This document shows positions 1 through 12,800 of a DNA stretch of 64,000 nt, piece by piece (position 1 is the stretch's first letter; the number at the start of each line of letters is the position of its first letter). The stretch comes from Tubiluchus corallicola (Eukaryota > Animalia > Priapulida), in NCBI GenBank assembly GCA_030141605.1, contig JAQGDQ010000013.1, positions 324,447 through 388,446 of the forward strand, in the 5' to 3' direction. Under the pieces are notes generated by a model, which saw only the letters and a program-made list of their open reading frames with translations, searched no databases and was not told the DNA's origin. The translations under genes and the position numbers were made by a program.

Positions 1-940
1 AGCAAACTCTTATAATGGTATAAAAAGCATGCAAACTAAAAATGAAAAAGCATATATGTGATTGCCCAGATATTATATTGTGCTTTCACTTTTCAGATTA
101 AAAAAACACAAACCAAAAAAGAAACAAAAAATAACTTTGAAGGAAAAGCCAAGTTTTCTGGGAAGTTAGGCTTGTTTCAATGTTCACAAAAAACTATTAG
201 GAGGGTTTAGTAAAAAAAAGTGTGCTAAGGGCTTCGTGCAATTACATTCAAATCATGATCATTTCAAGCTTAGGCGCCTCCATTTTGAATGCCCATTTTT
301 CCACCATTCAAGTTATTCGTCTGCTGAAGAAAAACAGCATACTGTCAATTTATAGAAACAGAACAGATTACCCAGTACAAGTATTTTTAATGCATCTAAC
401 AGTGTCTTGATTCACTCAGCTCAATTTGTGAAAACTAGTCTTACTCTGAAACTACAGAATTTCCTCAAAGACCTTGATAATGCATAACACAAATGTTTTT
501 GGAAAAATTTTGAAAAAAGCCATGTTTCAGGTCGGATACTAACTAGTGCAAAAAGGTGCGAGTCTCATATGAAATTTAACTAGCCGGCCTTGCCACTACG
601 ATCATGGACCAGATAAAAGAAGTAATAGAGGCATGAAAGTATTTCTGTTATCCAACCTTCCAAAGTACAATGTAACAAGGTTTGATATTAATAACATAAA
701 AAGCTGCCCACAACGTTTTGCGTTTTTCATCAAAAATGAACCATCAAGAAGAAACCACATTTTGGGACTTTTGATTTGCTGAATAAACAGAATGGTGATA
801 AAACCACTAGAGTTTAAACTGTGAAAACTATTTGTACATTCACAGATGCTAAATGTCCAATTGTAATATAAAGTGGATACCCGCTGAAACATTTAAACAC
901 AATAATCTTAAAAAATGAGAAGCATTTTTTAAAACAATAC

Positions 941-3900
941 CTTGCTAATCAAATTGTCTGGATTTGGTTTAAAACGTAGTGGATCGTTCTCATCTGAAAA
1001 GAAAAATGTGGTACTATATGATCGATTTTTGCTATGCACCACCATTCAAAATAATTACGTTAATTCAAATCTAAAACAATGTGAAATAAATGATACATAT
1101 GGACTACACAAATTAAAAAAGGTAATAAAACACATCTGTTCTAAAACTAGGAAACTGAAATTATGCATTGCTATGAGTTAGATATACATATGAATTTAAG
1201 TTTTACCAACATGAGTTTTTTTCTAAATTCTCTCAACAACAGAAGTGATTATCCAGGAATGGCATAAGCCAAAAAAGGAATGAGGCAAGTTAAATATTTG
1301 CTAAATATTCATTAATGCACAATAATTTTTATGCTAAACGAAAGAATGTACCTAGCTTATAACTCTTCTTTCTGACTGATGATGTTCTTGTTTAGCATAA
1401 AGTACATTACCAAAATAGTAAATGTGTCACCATTTACTAATGTATCACCCAATCAATAAAAGCCAGAGCAACTCTCATATTACAAGTGAGTAAAACCATA
1501 AATTTCAAAAAAATAGAAGCTGCTGGGTTTTGTCAGTTTAGTCGACACTAAACTATGACTAGGATAGTGTTTATTAATATGATCTTATTGAATTCCTCAC
1601 AAAAGCCATTTTTTATATGTAGAGTACCCCATAAGTCACTGTTCACTTTTAATTCTAATTTTCCTTTAAACTTTTCTGTAATCTCAGCAAGCTCTTACAA
1701 GAATCAAAAGGAGCCTTTGGCAATTCTTCTTATTTATTTTGTGACTGGAGCCCTGTTGCTGGCGATGATAGTAACATTAGAAATAAGGTGCAAAGACAGT
1801 CTGACATGAAGTTCTTGTAGAAATTCAGAGCACTATATGAAACACACTGTTAACAATGTAGTTTTTTCAATAAAGCACAACCCCTTCTCACCACTCATGA
1901 ACAACGAGAGACTTTTTCAATACATATGACCATTGGATTTGTCTCTATTGCTTTTGAGGTCCCTGAAGAAGGAAGGGAAAATAGCAAAATCTAAAAATGT
2001 AGTAGTTCTTTTCAGATTTTCATCCATTTTGACTAAAATAATTGCCAAGGTTTTAGTTTATACGTCAATTTTCAAACATTTTCCTTTGCTTATTGAAAAA
2101 TATAGAACATGTAAAGTGCATTATGATTTCTGGAACACCCTTATTTTCCTCTCATGCAGCATAAAAGAAATGCTATACTTATTTGTCCAGTAGTTGCTAT
2201 TTTTACCAGCTTGTCTATCTGATACTTCAGCTTCTGGTCAATCGGACGAATTTTTTCCAACACCTACGATTCAGTAAAATAAAGTGAATAATTAAATTTG
2301 TAACTGGTGTTACACTGCACACTTCCACTGCATACATGCATAGTAAATTTTATGTTGATGTAATTTTAATTTTCACCTTAGACCAGAGACATACAGGTGC
2401 TAAGATGCATCACTTTTCTAGCAAACAAGTGAAGAAATGCAACGCTGTACCAGCAGTAGACACAGTTGCTGAAACACATAAGCAGCTGTGTCTCCATTAA
2501 ATTAGAACTTAAAAACTGCCAATAGCGTTTTTTGACACTGAATGCATCAACTCAACCACACCATACTGTGGTCAAGTATGGGATTGTTAGGTAATGAACT
2601 ACTGAAAACTGCAGACGTTTAGCAGAAGCTGTTACTGATGGTGACACTAATATGCTGATTTACAACAGGGTATGTAAGCACTTATACTAGACAAAACATT
2701 AATTTAAACAATATTTTATTTGAAGAAAACAATAACTTCAAACGTAATTACTCAAATTCTCATCGGCTAACAGGAAAACCTATGTTAAAACCTTTTAGAG
2801 TGATTAGGAGGGACCAGGACAAAACATTGACAGATGGCAGCAATAATGTTTACAGTACAGTTCAAATTTAAATGTGTGAGCACGCCTAAAGAATTTTCAG
2901 ATGTCTTATTATTAGCTCTCATAGTTTTCTAACTTTCTCCAATTTCAAGATTTTTTCAAATGCTAATTCAGAGAATCCGAAAAACAAAGATAAAATTTAG
3001 ATCATAAGTCTTTTTTGCACCTAAAAAGCAATATCCAGAAAATAGTACATTTTGAAGTTTACAACAAACATCTGGAATTTATACGTGATCACCTGGCAAT
3101 TCTAACAGGTAATCAGTCAAGCAAGACAAGCAACTGCAACCGACTACTTTATATACTATGATGCTATATGACCTACAGTACTGCAGCACTGCTGAAAAAG
3201 ACTGCTCATGTATAGTTTTCATTAGTTCCTGACCATGCCAATCTATTTTTCTAGCCCGATTCTATATAAAACTGAGGTTTACTGCTGATCTTGATGCGCT
3301 AAAAATAGCAAAAACTAATAAATGTTTTTTACAGTCAGAATTTACCATGTTTAATGTACTGACCAAATCTTACTGAGTGCATGTATAAACAAACTATCCA
3401 CATTTAAAGAGAGATTACTCTTACTACACCTTTCCTCTTTAAGTGATAGGTCAAAGAACCAGCAGTACCGATATTTTCTTATTCCTTAGTATTACTTAGC
3501 CATGGAATTGAACCCACGACCTTATACAGGAAAAGCAAAGATGCAAATTTAGTACTTGAAATAGCTTCTTACATAAACTTGTTCAGTACAGAAATTACTG
3601 CGTCATCAGCTGCACCTCCTGCATAGCAATTTACGATACTAACCGGAAATAGTGAACCACTTACTGTTCGGATCTCTATGAGTCTTTCTATAGTTGCATC
3701 TCCTTGTATTTGTTCACCCTGGCTCTTCCGTAACAGCAGATAGGTTAAATTTATTAAATAACTTAACATCAGCTGATGTTTAATCTCCAAAAGACTGATT
3801 CCCTACAATAAAAAAATCCTATTGCACGTACTGCATAGCTAACTAGTATATAACAACCTACCGAATAAACTGAATGTTACAAATCGGTGAGATGTTTTCA

Positions 3901-6264
3901 GAATTAAATCTGAAACCTAAACAAACTTCTTAAAATTTCTCTTTAATTCGATTTTAGAATCACTGTCAACTTAAAAACCATTTTTGCAATAGCAAGAAAA
4001 TTGAAACAAAATTTAATATTGATCGCAACACTGAACAACCAAATCCAATGATGTTTTCATGTACAAAATGACACATTGCTAGCTTTATGTTGAAATGGAT
4101 GGGTGACACACCGATACAAATATGCAAATGTGGCTAATCTATACCTCTGTAGATTCACTGTCTAATATTAGAACATTATATTTGACAGGGACTTTCACCT
4201 GGTATAACTATCAACATAATAAATATGGATGCAGTGAACTATATAAAGAAATAAAAAAATGTATCAGTTATCAAAGTTGATCAATGAAAAATGTTTGTCG
4301 CCCAGTATTTTACTAATATTTCCAACAATTTGATCAGCTGTAAAACAATGTCAAAGCTCAACAAATAGTAATGACATCATACTTTTGATGTTGACGTTTC
4401 AGCATCATCCAATTTCTTATCAATATTACGTATAACTGCTATAATGCTTTCCAGCTGCCCGGGAACATCATGCAATAAGTCGCTGAATTCTTGTAAATCT
4501 GCACATCCAGTCTAAAAATAAATTTTTATGTAACAGATTGTCAAAATTTTGCAACAATTTCTCCCACTCTTAAATTGGAAATGCTGTATACCAAGTATTT
4601 TATTTATGAAATTATATACATTTTATTTTATCATTATTTGTCCATATATTTCACATCGGCCTAACACAAACTAGACGGCAGACACTACAATGGAAAATGT
4701 ATTTCAGAAAAAAATAAAGAATTATAGACAATATTATATGATGTTAAAAAATTAACTTTTAAATCAGCTCAACAGATGTTAATTTTTATTTGTGTTAACT
4801 TAAGCGGTTTCAATATGTCTATTTTTTTGTAAGTTTATTTATATATGTTAACAGCATTAATAAAGAAGCATAGATTGTTTAGATAAAGTTTGTGCCATTA
4901 CTATAAATACTCGAGAATACCCTTAAAGGAAAACCGAACGATTAATTTGATTCAACCTCATTTTAATTTACTATCCAAATATACATTTTCTTCCTATAAA
5001 AGTTAGCAATCATTTCTAATATTTGAATACATAATATCTTGGAAAGTTAATTAATGGCAACTGAACATAGCTATCACTTACAATACAAACTAATCACAGT
5101 TTGTGCAACAGTAGGAATCTTCCCTGCACATTGGTAGAGGTAAAGCGAAGATTGGTATAAGATGCTCATGTGATGTCACAAAAATAAGCTCTATGTTACA
5201 CTGATGTCACAGATGAACACTGCAGTTCAGTCAGCTTATAACGGTATCGCGCCTATTTGTTGGCCAAGTGACTGTAACAAAATGGAGTCATTGCTAGTTT
5301 TAGTGAATTCGCTGAGTCGAGCGTAGCTTCGAAAGTTTAACAAAATGCAACTATCCGAGGTAATTATTATTTAATCTAAGCTTTGATTTAAAATAGCCGT
5401 TGTAGTTTTCAATATTTTACAGAGTACTTTATTTTGAACTCATGTCTACACAATCATCCGATTTTCCTTTAACACTCTCCACCTACTATACTATACATAT
5501 TAAGAAATAACTGAATTTTACAAAGCCTCACAATAAGCAAAAATACTAAATAATCTAAACTAGCTGTATAGGATTAAAATAAGTACAATCATATACATCT
5601 TAAACAAAATCAGTGGTCACAAGTACTGAAATAACATTTTTGTCACAACCAAAAATAGAAAAACTAGTTGCTCGAATTTGTCTTTTACATTTTGATATGA
5701 ACACAGCAAAATCGAACTCTTAAAACAGACTCTTTTTATTGGGAATGACATCAGTTTGCTTGAGACCGCAGGATCAAGTGTTAATATCCATGGTAGGAAA
5801 GTGAGATATCCAATTAAAAACCGTTATGCAATGACTACTTCCACTAATCAATGCCCAATCAATGCTGATCGAATGACTATGAAATGTGATGATCAGGTGG
5901 TTATCACTAACACTCACACACTGTAGTGAGTGTCTAAGTTTTGGGCTACAGAGGAATGAGAGATAAGAACTCTATATAAATGGCAAAGCAAATAAACTAC
6001 CAGCAATGATAATCTGTCATTTTATAGAATATAGTATTATATGCACTATTGCAGTTGTAGCTCAGTTACATTCAAGGATAGATAAAAGCAATGCATTATT
6101 GGTACCAATTATGATATCAAAAATATGAGACATTTGACTCGATTATAAAAAACACTTGCAATTTAAAATGAAGCAGCTATTGCATTTCCTAATTTCCTAC
6201 TACAGTATTTGATGGTATTGATGGACATGATGGTATTTTAATTTTCTATACACATTACCTCCAT
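941..6264 (-). CDS. NGDN: Neuroguidin (EIF4E-binding / SSU processome Lcp5 family), 5' part; 3' exons lie beyond the left edge
   Basis: Phase-consistent GT-AG exons 6264-6259 (ME; least certain), 4511-4383, 3802-3665, 2263-2179 and 993-941. They translate to ...TSK|GISLLEIKHQLMLSYLINLTYLLLRKSQGEQIQGDATIERLIEIRT|VLEKIRPIDQKLKYQIDKLVKIATTGQI|NENDPLRFKPNPDNLISK, matching remembered NGDN motifs (VEIRTVLEKLRPLDQKLKYQIDKL, ENDPLRFKP). Confidence 0.93.
3420..3530 (-). mobile_element. Degenerate tRNA-derived SINE-like fragment
   Basis: GGAATTGAACCCACGACC (reverse complement of a pol III B-box head) preceded by CAGTACC...TTAGTATTACTTAGCC, a layout typical of reversed invertebrate SINEs. Confidence 0.4.
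4927..5468. mobile_element. Non-autonomous TIR element (Kolobok-like MITE) in NGDN intron 1
   Basis: Left end TTAA|AGGAAAACCGAACGATT and right end AATCATCCGATTTTCCT|TTAA form an imperfect ~17-bp TIR with TTAA flanks and AGG...CCT termini. No coding capacity seen. Confidence 0.7.
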
Positions 6265-6779
6265 ATCCTTCGACCAGATAACAAAAGATAGGAATATTCA
6301 CTTTTTTCAATTTTTATCGTCGTTGTGAAAACCACCGAGGGATTCTATGATAGCCCAGTATTGGCAGTAAACGCTGCTTTGCTAGTTGGTTGGTTGACGT
6401 TCAACACGTGTCAGCACTACCGTTAATTAAGGCAGTTTCAGCTTTCAAAGACAAAAGCAAGCATTTCGATTTCTTAAAACCTTAAGTTAAAACGCAACAT
6501 GCAATAAGACCAACTAGGTATATAAAGTTAAGCTCCGTGGTATTATCACATGCCCATTACGTCTATTGTAGACATTTGGCAGGTAGACCTTAGAAATGAA
6601 TGAAAACTGCTCTCAAGACAGGTAAACACGGCAGTAATTCAGTAAAAAAAACTAGACAATTCGATGCCAGTGGCTTGACAGTACCCTTGGTATTAGTAAA
6701 CGAAATTCACTCGAGAGCACGTGCTAATATTACTGAAAAGCAGCAAAAAGCGAAAAACTGACTAAATTCAGAATAAGCA

Positions 6780-7100
6780 ATGCGATTGAGTTTATTTACC
6801 TTGGTGTCGACTGTGCTTTTTGATCAGAGACACAAGTATGCACCCGACAAGGAATTATGTCTCTATACAAAATTATTAAGAATTAAATGGTCTGATAAAA
6901 TATCCAAAGATTATTTGTATGATGTGGTACATTGGAGTAAAAAAAACCCAAGAAATAGAAGATTGGATTGGAATGGGGAATTTGGCATTTGCTATAGGCT
7001 CTTCCTATAGCATTAGATAAAGCTCTTGAAACAACAAAAAACTGAAAGGGTCAGCTACTGACATATATAGATATACTGCAAAAAGATTCAGCAAATATAA
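6780..7100 (+). mobile_element. RTE-type LINE 3' remnant
   Basis: Peptide ELCLYTKLLRIKWSDKISKDYLY...RRLDW then frameshifted ...LTYIDILQKD. Resembles the RTE C-terminal pattern (LR.IL.I.W.D.I.N..L; RRL.W.GH; RGRP..TW.D). Confidence 0.55.
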
Positions 7101-8019
7101 CTCTAGATTTGTGGGATGATATTATGGGTGGTGGCAGCAGATATCAATTACTTATTTTCCTTAAAACTGATAACTGATTACTTAGAACCAGTACCGATAA
7201 AACCGATTGTTTTGAATAATGTTTAGATGACGTCGGTGAATAAAGCTATACCGTTCCATTTAATCAGGATGCCAGATACTGAGTTCATCTACAACAAAAA
7301 AGAAAAAAAATAGTGCAAGATTTATTAGCATCGATCATTCTTACAAAGTGAAAGCTCCTGTTGGTTCATTTTGAACAGCTATGTTCAGATTAAAGGACAA
7401 GAATACAAAATTCTTACGTGAAGCTAAAAATATTTGCCTTAAATTTTTATGAAACCTATGCTATCTTATGGTTCACAGAGTTTGCATGAGCAGCCATGTT
7501 GTGTAAAACTTAGAATGGTAAATCAATTGAAACAAGCTTGTATACACACTGTGTAAAAATAGTGCACACTTAATTCACTAACTACATATATGTAAGCAAA
7601 GGATAAATTACTTTACCTGGATCTGGATACAGGCCAAATGACCTGTGGCAAAAAAGCAGTACCCTACTTTGTCTCGTGAAATATGCGACTTTTTCTGGTG
7701 CACAATGGGATACTGAAACTATGACAAATAGGAATTTTGTTCAGTTACACATGTTTTAAAACAGCTGAGCATATTACTTAGTACATAATATAACTTTGTA
7801 CAGAAAGTTTTTTGAGACATGCTTTAAGATTCTCCTTTCTTAAATCCCCCTTAACAAGTTCCCAACTAGTGCAACAAAAAGAGACTGTACTGATGCGAAA
7901 TTATTCTAAATAAACATTCACATGGCATTTTGAAGCATTACGAAAAATTACTTCAATTGCATGATTAAAGTCAAGCAAACTCCAGAACAAATTAAATGTA
8001 CACACGCGTAACTTAAGTA

Positions 8020-8170
8020 ACATTCTGCATGGAGGAGGCCTGGTTGTGAAATGATGAGTGACACGTTAAGAATTTATTGCTTTTGTTATGATATCCAGGG
8101 GTATGATTTGACCAATCAAATTTAATGGCTTGAAAGTTCAACAGACCTCAATGCCACCGAACACAAATAT
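8020..8170 (+). mobile_element. Possible Tc1/mariner transposase remnant
   Basis: 8126-8164 reads WLESSTDLNATEH, resembling the WPxxSPDLNPIEH motif. Short and degenerate. Confidence 0.3.
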
Positions 8171-9690
8171 TGCAGTTGTCCCGAAAATTAGAATTAAGGC
8201 TAGGATGATCTAAGAACAGACCATTGTCGATATTCAAAAGAGAAGTTTGTGAGATATCAACAAAATGTGTTGTATAATTTCGAATTCCGTTGGTCTCTCA
8301 TTTTAAGTCTTCAGTCATACCCTTCAAAACTTTGAAACGCTCGAGGCTTCCACCATGAATGTGGAGGAAATGGTATATTTTGAACTGAATGATAATTGTA
8401 TGAATTTGTTGCAATAAATTATTCTGTATTCCAAGTAATTAGATATCTCTCTTTTGTATACTCTCAGTAAAAGGGTGAACACAAATTAAAATATTTAAAA
8501 TATTGGAAGATTTACAGAGATATGTTCAGAATTCAGAATGAATTCATGGATGTAGACCTATGTAAATTAATACTTGACACTTAACTATTTTAGCAACACT
8601 AGAGGATACATACTGTGCTAATTAAACTCTTTTAATGACGAACTAACAATAACACCAAAAGTGCTGTGAGAGTTTTTCGTAAACTGAACTGACGATGTGG
8701 AACTCTTTCACGAATCAACAGCTAGTGAGACCCAATAACGTAAATGTTTTAAATATAAACTTGACGAAGAACTTGATGTGAGGAAACTCCGATTATAAAT
8801 AAAAAGGTGTCTGAAAAGGAGAGTAAACTTTTGGTAGTCTCTCTGATAGTCTGATGTGATATAGAACACTTTTTTTACGACTCGGCTCTGTCAGGTAGTG
8901 ACACTTAACAGATTTAATGTACCATACTGTACATGTATAATTATTAATTAACTTTAACACCATAAGTAACAGACTGATTAAAAGGCACATTCCATTGATA
9001 CAATCTGTAATGAGTTTTTGCAGGCAACCATGAAGTAGGGATTCCTGTGTGGATATTGCAAAGTACTAGATAATTTATAAAAATTTTAACAATTGTTCTT
9101 GCATGAGGCAGCTCTACAACAAGCAGTAGTTCGAACGAGCAAGAAAAACAGCAGGTGGACTAATAGACTTTGCACAGAAAGATCTAAAGACTTCAGCACT
9201 GATTGTTAGCTGAGAGACAGAAGCACTTGGTCCATTTTACAGTGTAGAGAGTCTTGGCATAAAGAGGTGGAAAGGATTAAGGACCTACATAAGTTGTAAG
9301 GGTTTCCAGTGCAACAGGAAATAGCCACTTTACATTACTTAGTTACTTTAGTGATACATTGACTAAAGTGTTAAACCTGTGTAACTTTCTCGACGTCTCC
9401 ATTAGTGTTAAAACCATGACATTATTTGCACAATAATGATCCAGCCTGCCTGATCTTGAATTTATTAAGTGGTGGCCACTATTGGGGCTGTGATAACATG
9501 ATCTGACAATGAATTCCACCTCATAAACTGATCACATATGGAAGGAACCGGAAATTCTCTCTCCCAGCCATATGTTCCCAGCTAATATCGAACAATATTT
9601 ATCTATGATTGTACGAAATGAAATGTGGCTTACACTATGCAGGATTGACGAATGGCGATTGTAGCTTTTAGGTTTCCATAACTGTGTAAA

Positions 9691-9698
9691 TGACGTCA
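9691..9698. promoter_or_regulatory. Palindromic CRE (TGACGTCA) ~200 bp upstream of the tetraspanin ATG
   Basis: Exact consensus in a likely promoter position; function is inferred. Confidence 0.4.
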
Positions 9699-9899
9699 GT
9701 AGTCATTAGTTCGTGAGTCAAAATTGGAAAATTTGTGTTGACTGTGTGAAAAATGGAAAAGTCTTGATTTGCTTAACTTGGTTTTTGTAAAAATTGTTTT
9801 TAATTTAGTCTTTGTTCTATGATATTTGATTTAATGTTTTTAGTTCGGATGCGTTAATCTGCCCGTTGAGTTACAGGATTGCTTTTAGAAGTCGAAGCA

Positions 9900-12800
9900 A
9901 TGAAAATGGCCTGTGGAGGTTTTGTTTGCTCGAAAAATTCTTTAGCAGCTCTGAACATTCTATATATTGTAAGTTGCCGGATATTATAAATGTTACTTGG
10001 ATGTGAATCCGAGTCAAATACTGCAAAATCACCTCGATAGAATTCCTAACGACATACTAACCATATTTAAGTGATTGAGGTTTTTCTGAATTATTACTTA
10101 GTTGTGTCACATCTGGAAAAGTATGATGGATTTTAAAGCAAATAAAATTACAACGTTTCCCAGGCCTGATTAAATACAAAAAATTTAATAAAACTGTGTT
10201 ATTCTTTCCAATTTGACTTAAAAATTTAAAATGCTTTTGCCACACATTTTTACTACTAAGTACTAGGCCTATTAGTACTAGTGAGTTATTTTACTGTTTT
10301 TTTATTAGTTTCTGTGAATGGGGCTAATTTCATTCGTATTTTGGTAGATAAAGTACTGGCAAAATCATTAATTAATTAAAATTTGACTTCAGTCTCCAAT
10401 TTTACTATTACTAGTACTTTTTATATAATTATCAAAGCCTGTGAAATTGTTTAGAGTTCACACGATCGTAATTTCATGATTGTTTTTCTTGTAAAGTAAA
10501 AAGCTCATGAAAAACTTAGATGGCTGAAGTTTGGTATAATCACTACTAAGGGCACTTTTTTGTAGACTTTTCTTGCCTTTGACAAATGTGACACAAGCGC
10601 TCTGTTATTTGTGCTTTTATTTTTATTGAGACGAATCTATACTGCTGAGTACACTTATTATAAGTGCAGGACACAACAATAACTATCTTTGGAGTTGCAC
10701 GTCATTAGTATAGCAAGTCCTCTTCTCTTAATGAATAATGACTATCTGTTGAAAACCTATTCATTTTGCTGACTAATGATGGAATTTTGCTAGCAATTTT
10801 CTCAGTTAATAGTGAACTGTCATTTTATCAACAACTTTTGCCTTTAATTAAAGCATTAAAAATGTTATTTACTTTGCTGTCATTCCCAAAAATGCAGGTT
10901 GTCTTACATATATTGTAAGTGTGTGGTAAAAGTGTACACAAGTGTTAATCTATTACTAAACTACAAAGAAAAGTCAAACTACAGTATAGTCGCACTAAAT
11001 GTTAAATACACTTAACAAAATACTTATCAATGCACATAAGCGGTAGCTTCAAAATTTTTAATGTTATATACATTATATAGTTATTGCCTTGTTGTTATAA
11101 CTAATAGCTATTGTCTGTGTTTAGTAAAATACTGTGTATGTACAACCTATAAAACAATTAAAAAATATTGATTTTATATGAGTTCAGCACTAATAATTTT
11201 TTATTCAACTGCATTTTACAAAACAATTAAAAAATATTTATTTTATATGAGTTCAGCATTAATAATTTTTTATTCAACTGCAACTAAAATGCATCTTCAT
11301 ATAATTATGTCTTAGTGAAGGCTTTATTTAATTTTAACACATTTTGCTGAATGCAGTTTCCATCATGAAACTGCAAATATAATTACTAATAGTATAAATT
11401 TGGGTTATCAGCTAATAGTAGTTGTACTGGTAGCCGTTGCCTATTGATGCTCATTGCCGGAATTAATTCAGTTGAACCAATTTTTTTGGCTACTTTGTTG
11501 GGCATACATATAACTTATTCAGTTTTATATAAAATGTAGCTGTTTGGAGCATGAATTTGCCTACAGCACACTTTTTAAGTGCACATTTTAATTGCTTTCA
11601 CTTCTTTCATAGAAAGATAAAGCCTATATTAGTATATATTTATAATTCTACAGGCGTTAGCTGGGAACTTGTGGTCCATCTAAATGGTTTTCAGCAGGGT
11701 TTAGCATGTCATAAGTCTGGCCTTGTTGATACTTCAGAGCTACCAGTAAATTTACTATTTGAATAACCATAAATTTGTTTGTATTTTTCAGCTGGTAGCG
11801 TTTATTTTAATAGCCGTAGCTGGGTACTTCAGAGCGGCAAGTATAATTACTAGCATCGCTGTAGTAGGCGGAATCGTAGCTTGTGGTGTCTTCCTTCTTT
11901 TACTTGCTATAGTTGGACTAATTGGTGCCATTAAGCATCACCAGGTTTTGTTATTTTTTGTATCCTTTTTTGGTGAGCTAAATGTGTGGTAAACTGAAGA
12001 GTAGCGTGTGTGACAGCTGGGTTTTATTGGTCAGCAGATAAAGGTGGGGACCTAAAAAAATTTATTGACGCCAACACCTGGACACTTAATTTTTAGCTGA
12101 TAGCTTAAATTGGTAGCTGTTGTCTATGTTTATAAACAACAATAAGATATAAATAAGATGCACAGTCCGAGAGATGGATTTTCTGACTTTTCCTTAGAAA
12201 CATAATCGCTTGTGAAATTTCAGTATGCATTTTTTTTACACAGAACAATAATTGTATGAATCTTACTCATATTACTAAAACAAAATCACAAGATGTTTCA
12301 ACACCTGTCTGGTGTCATATTCAATTGTAAGTGTTCTGTGGTCTTATAAAGATAGGACTTTTGCAATCTAAGTGGTAATGCTGGTCTATTTATAAGCGCA
12401 GACTGTGAAGCAGTTGTAATGCTACATGCATTGGAACGACATCTAGACTCCTTCATGTAAAAATGTGTGAACGTCTGGGTTTTTCTGTCGAAACGGGCAA
12501 AAAATTAAAGCATCTACCCATTCAATTATTTTTTACCATATTGTTGGCTATGACCATACTGCCAGCAAATATGAGTTTTGCATGTTTTGTAGGGTTAACA
12601 ATGAATGTTTTTTTCAATAAAGAAAGCTTGAGCATTGTAGAACATAAGCATGCTCTGAATGATAGTAAAGTTTTATTTCTTTAACTCATAACTTAAATTT
12701 CCAGTTTATGGTTTGCTCCGCTATGCAGCTTTGCCCATGTGAACCTTACCATGTATAGTACATTCTAAATTCCTGTAAACTGTAATTCTGTATAATGATT

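Noticed and set aside
222-330. Possible next NGDN exon after a minus-strand acceptor near 325
   Set aside because: All frames stop quickly or lack the expected acidic stretch and YVPP motif.
1860-1995. Possible H/ACA snoRNA in an NGDN intron (TTGCT/AGCAA and TCCCT/AGGGA hairpin followed by an ANANNA-like box on the minus strand)
   Set aside because: Second hairpin and ACA placement are unconvincing by eye; needs snoReport/Infernal. I found no well-spaced C/D box pairs in the NGDN introns.
2490-2670. VTDGDTNM peptide resembling hAT VTDNAANM
   Set aside because: Single short motif, no TIRs or continuous frame.
9100-9190. Frameshifted ALQQAVVRTSK-TAGGLIDFAQK resembling a motif in uncharacterised invertebrate transposase-like proteins
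   Set aside because: Too short and decayed to assign without a search.
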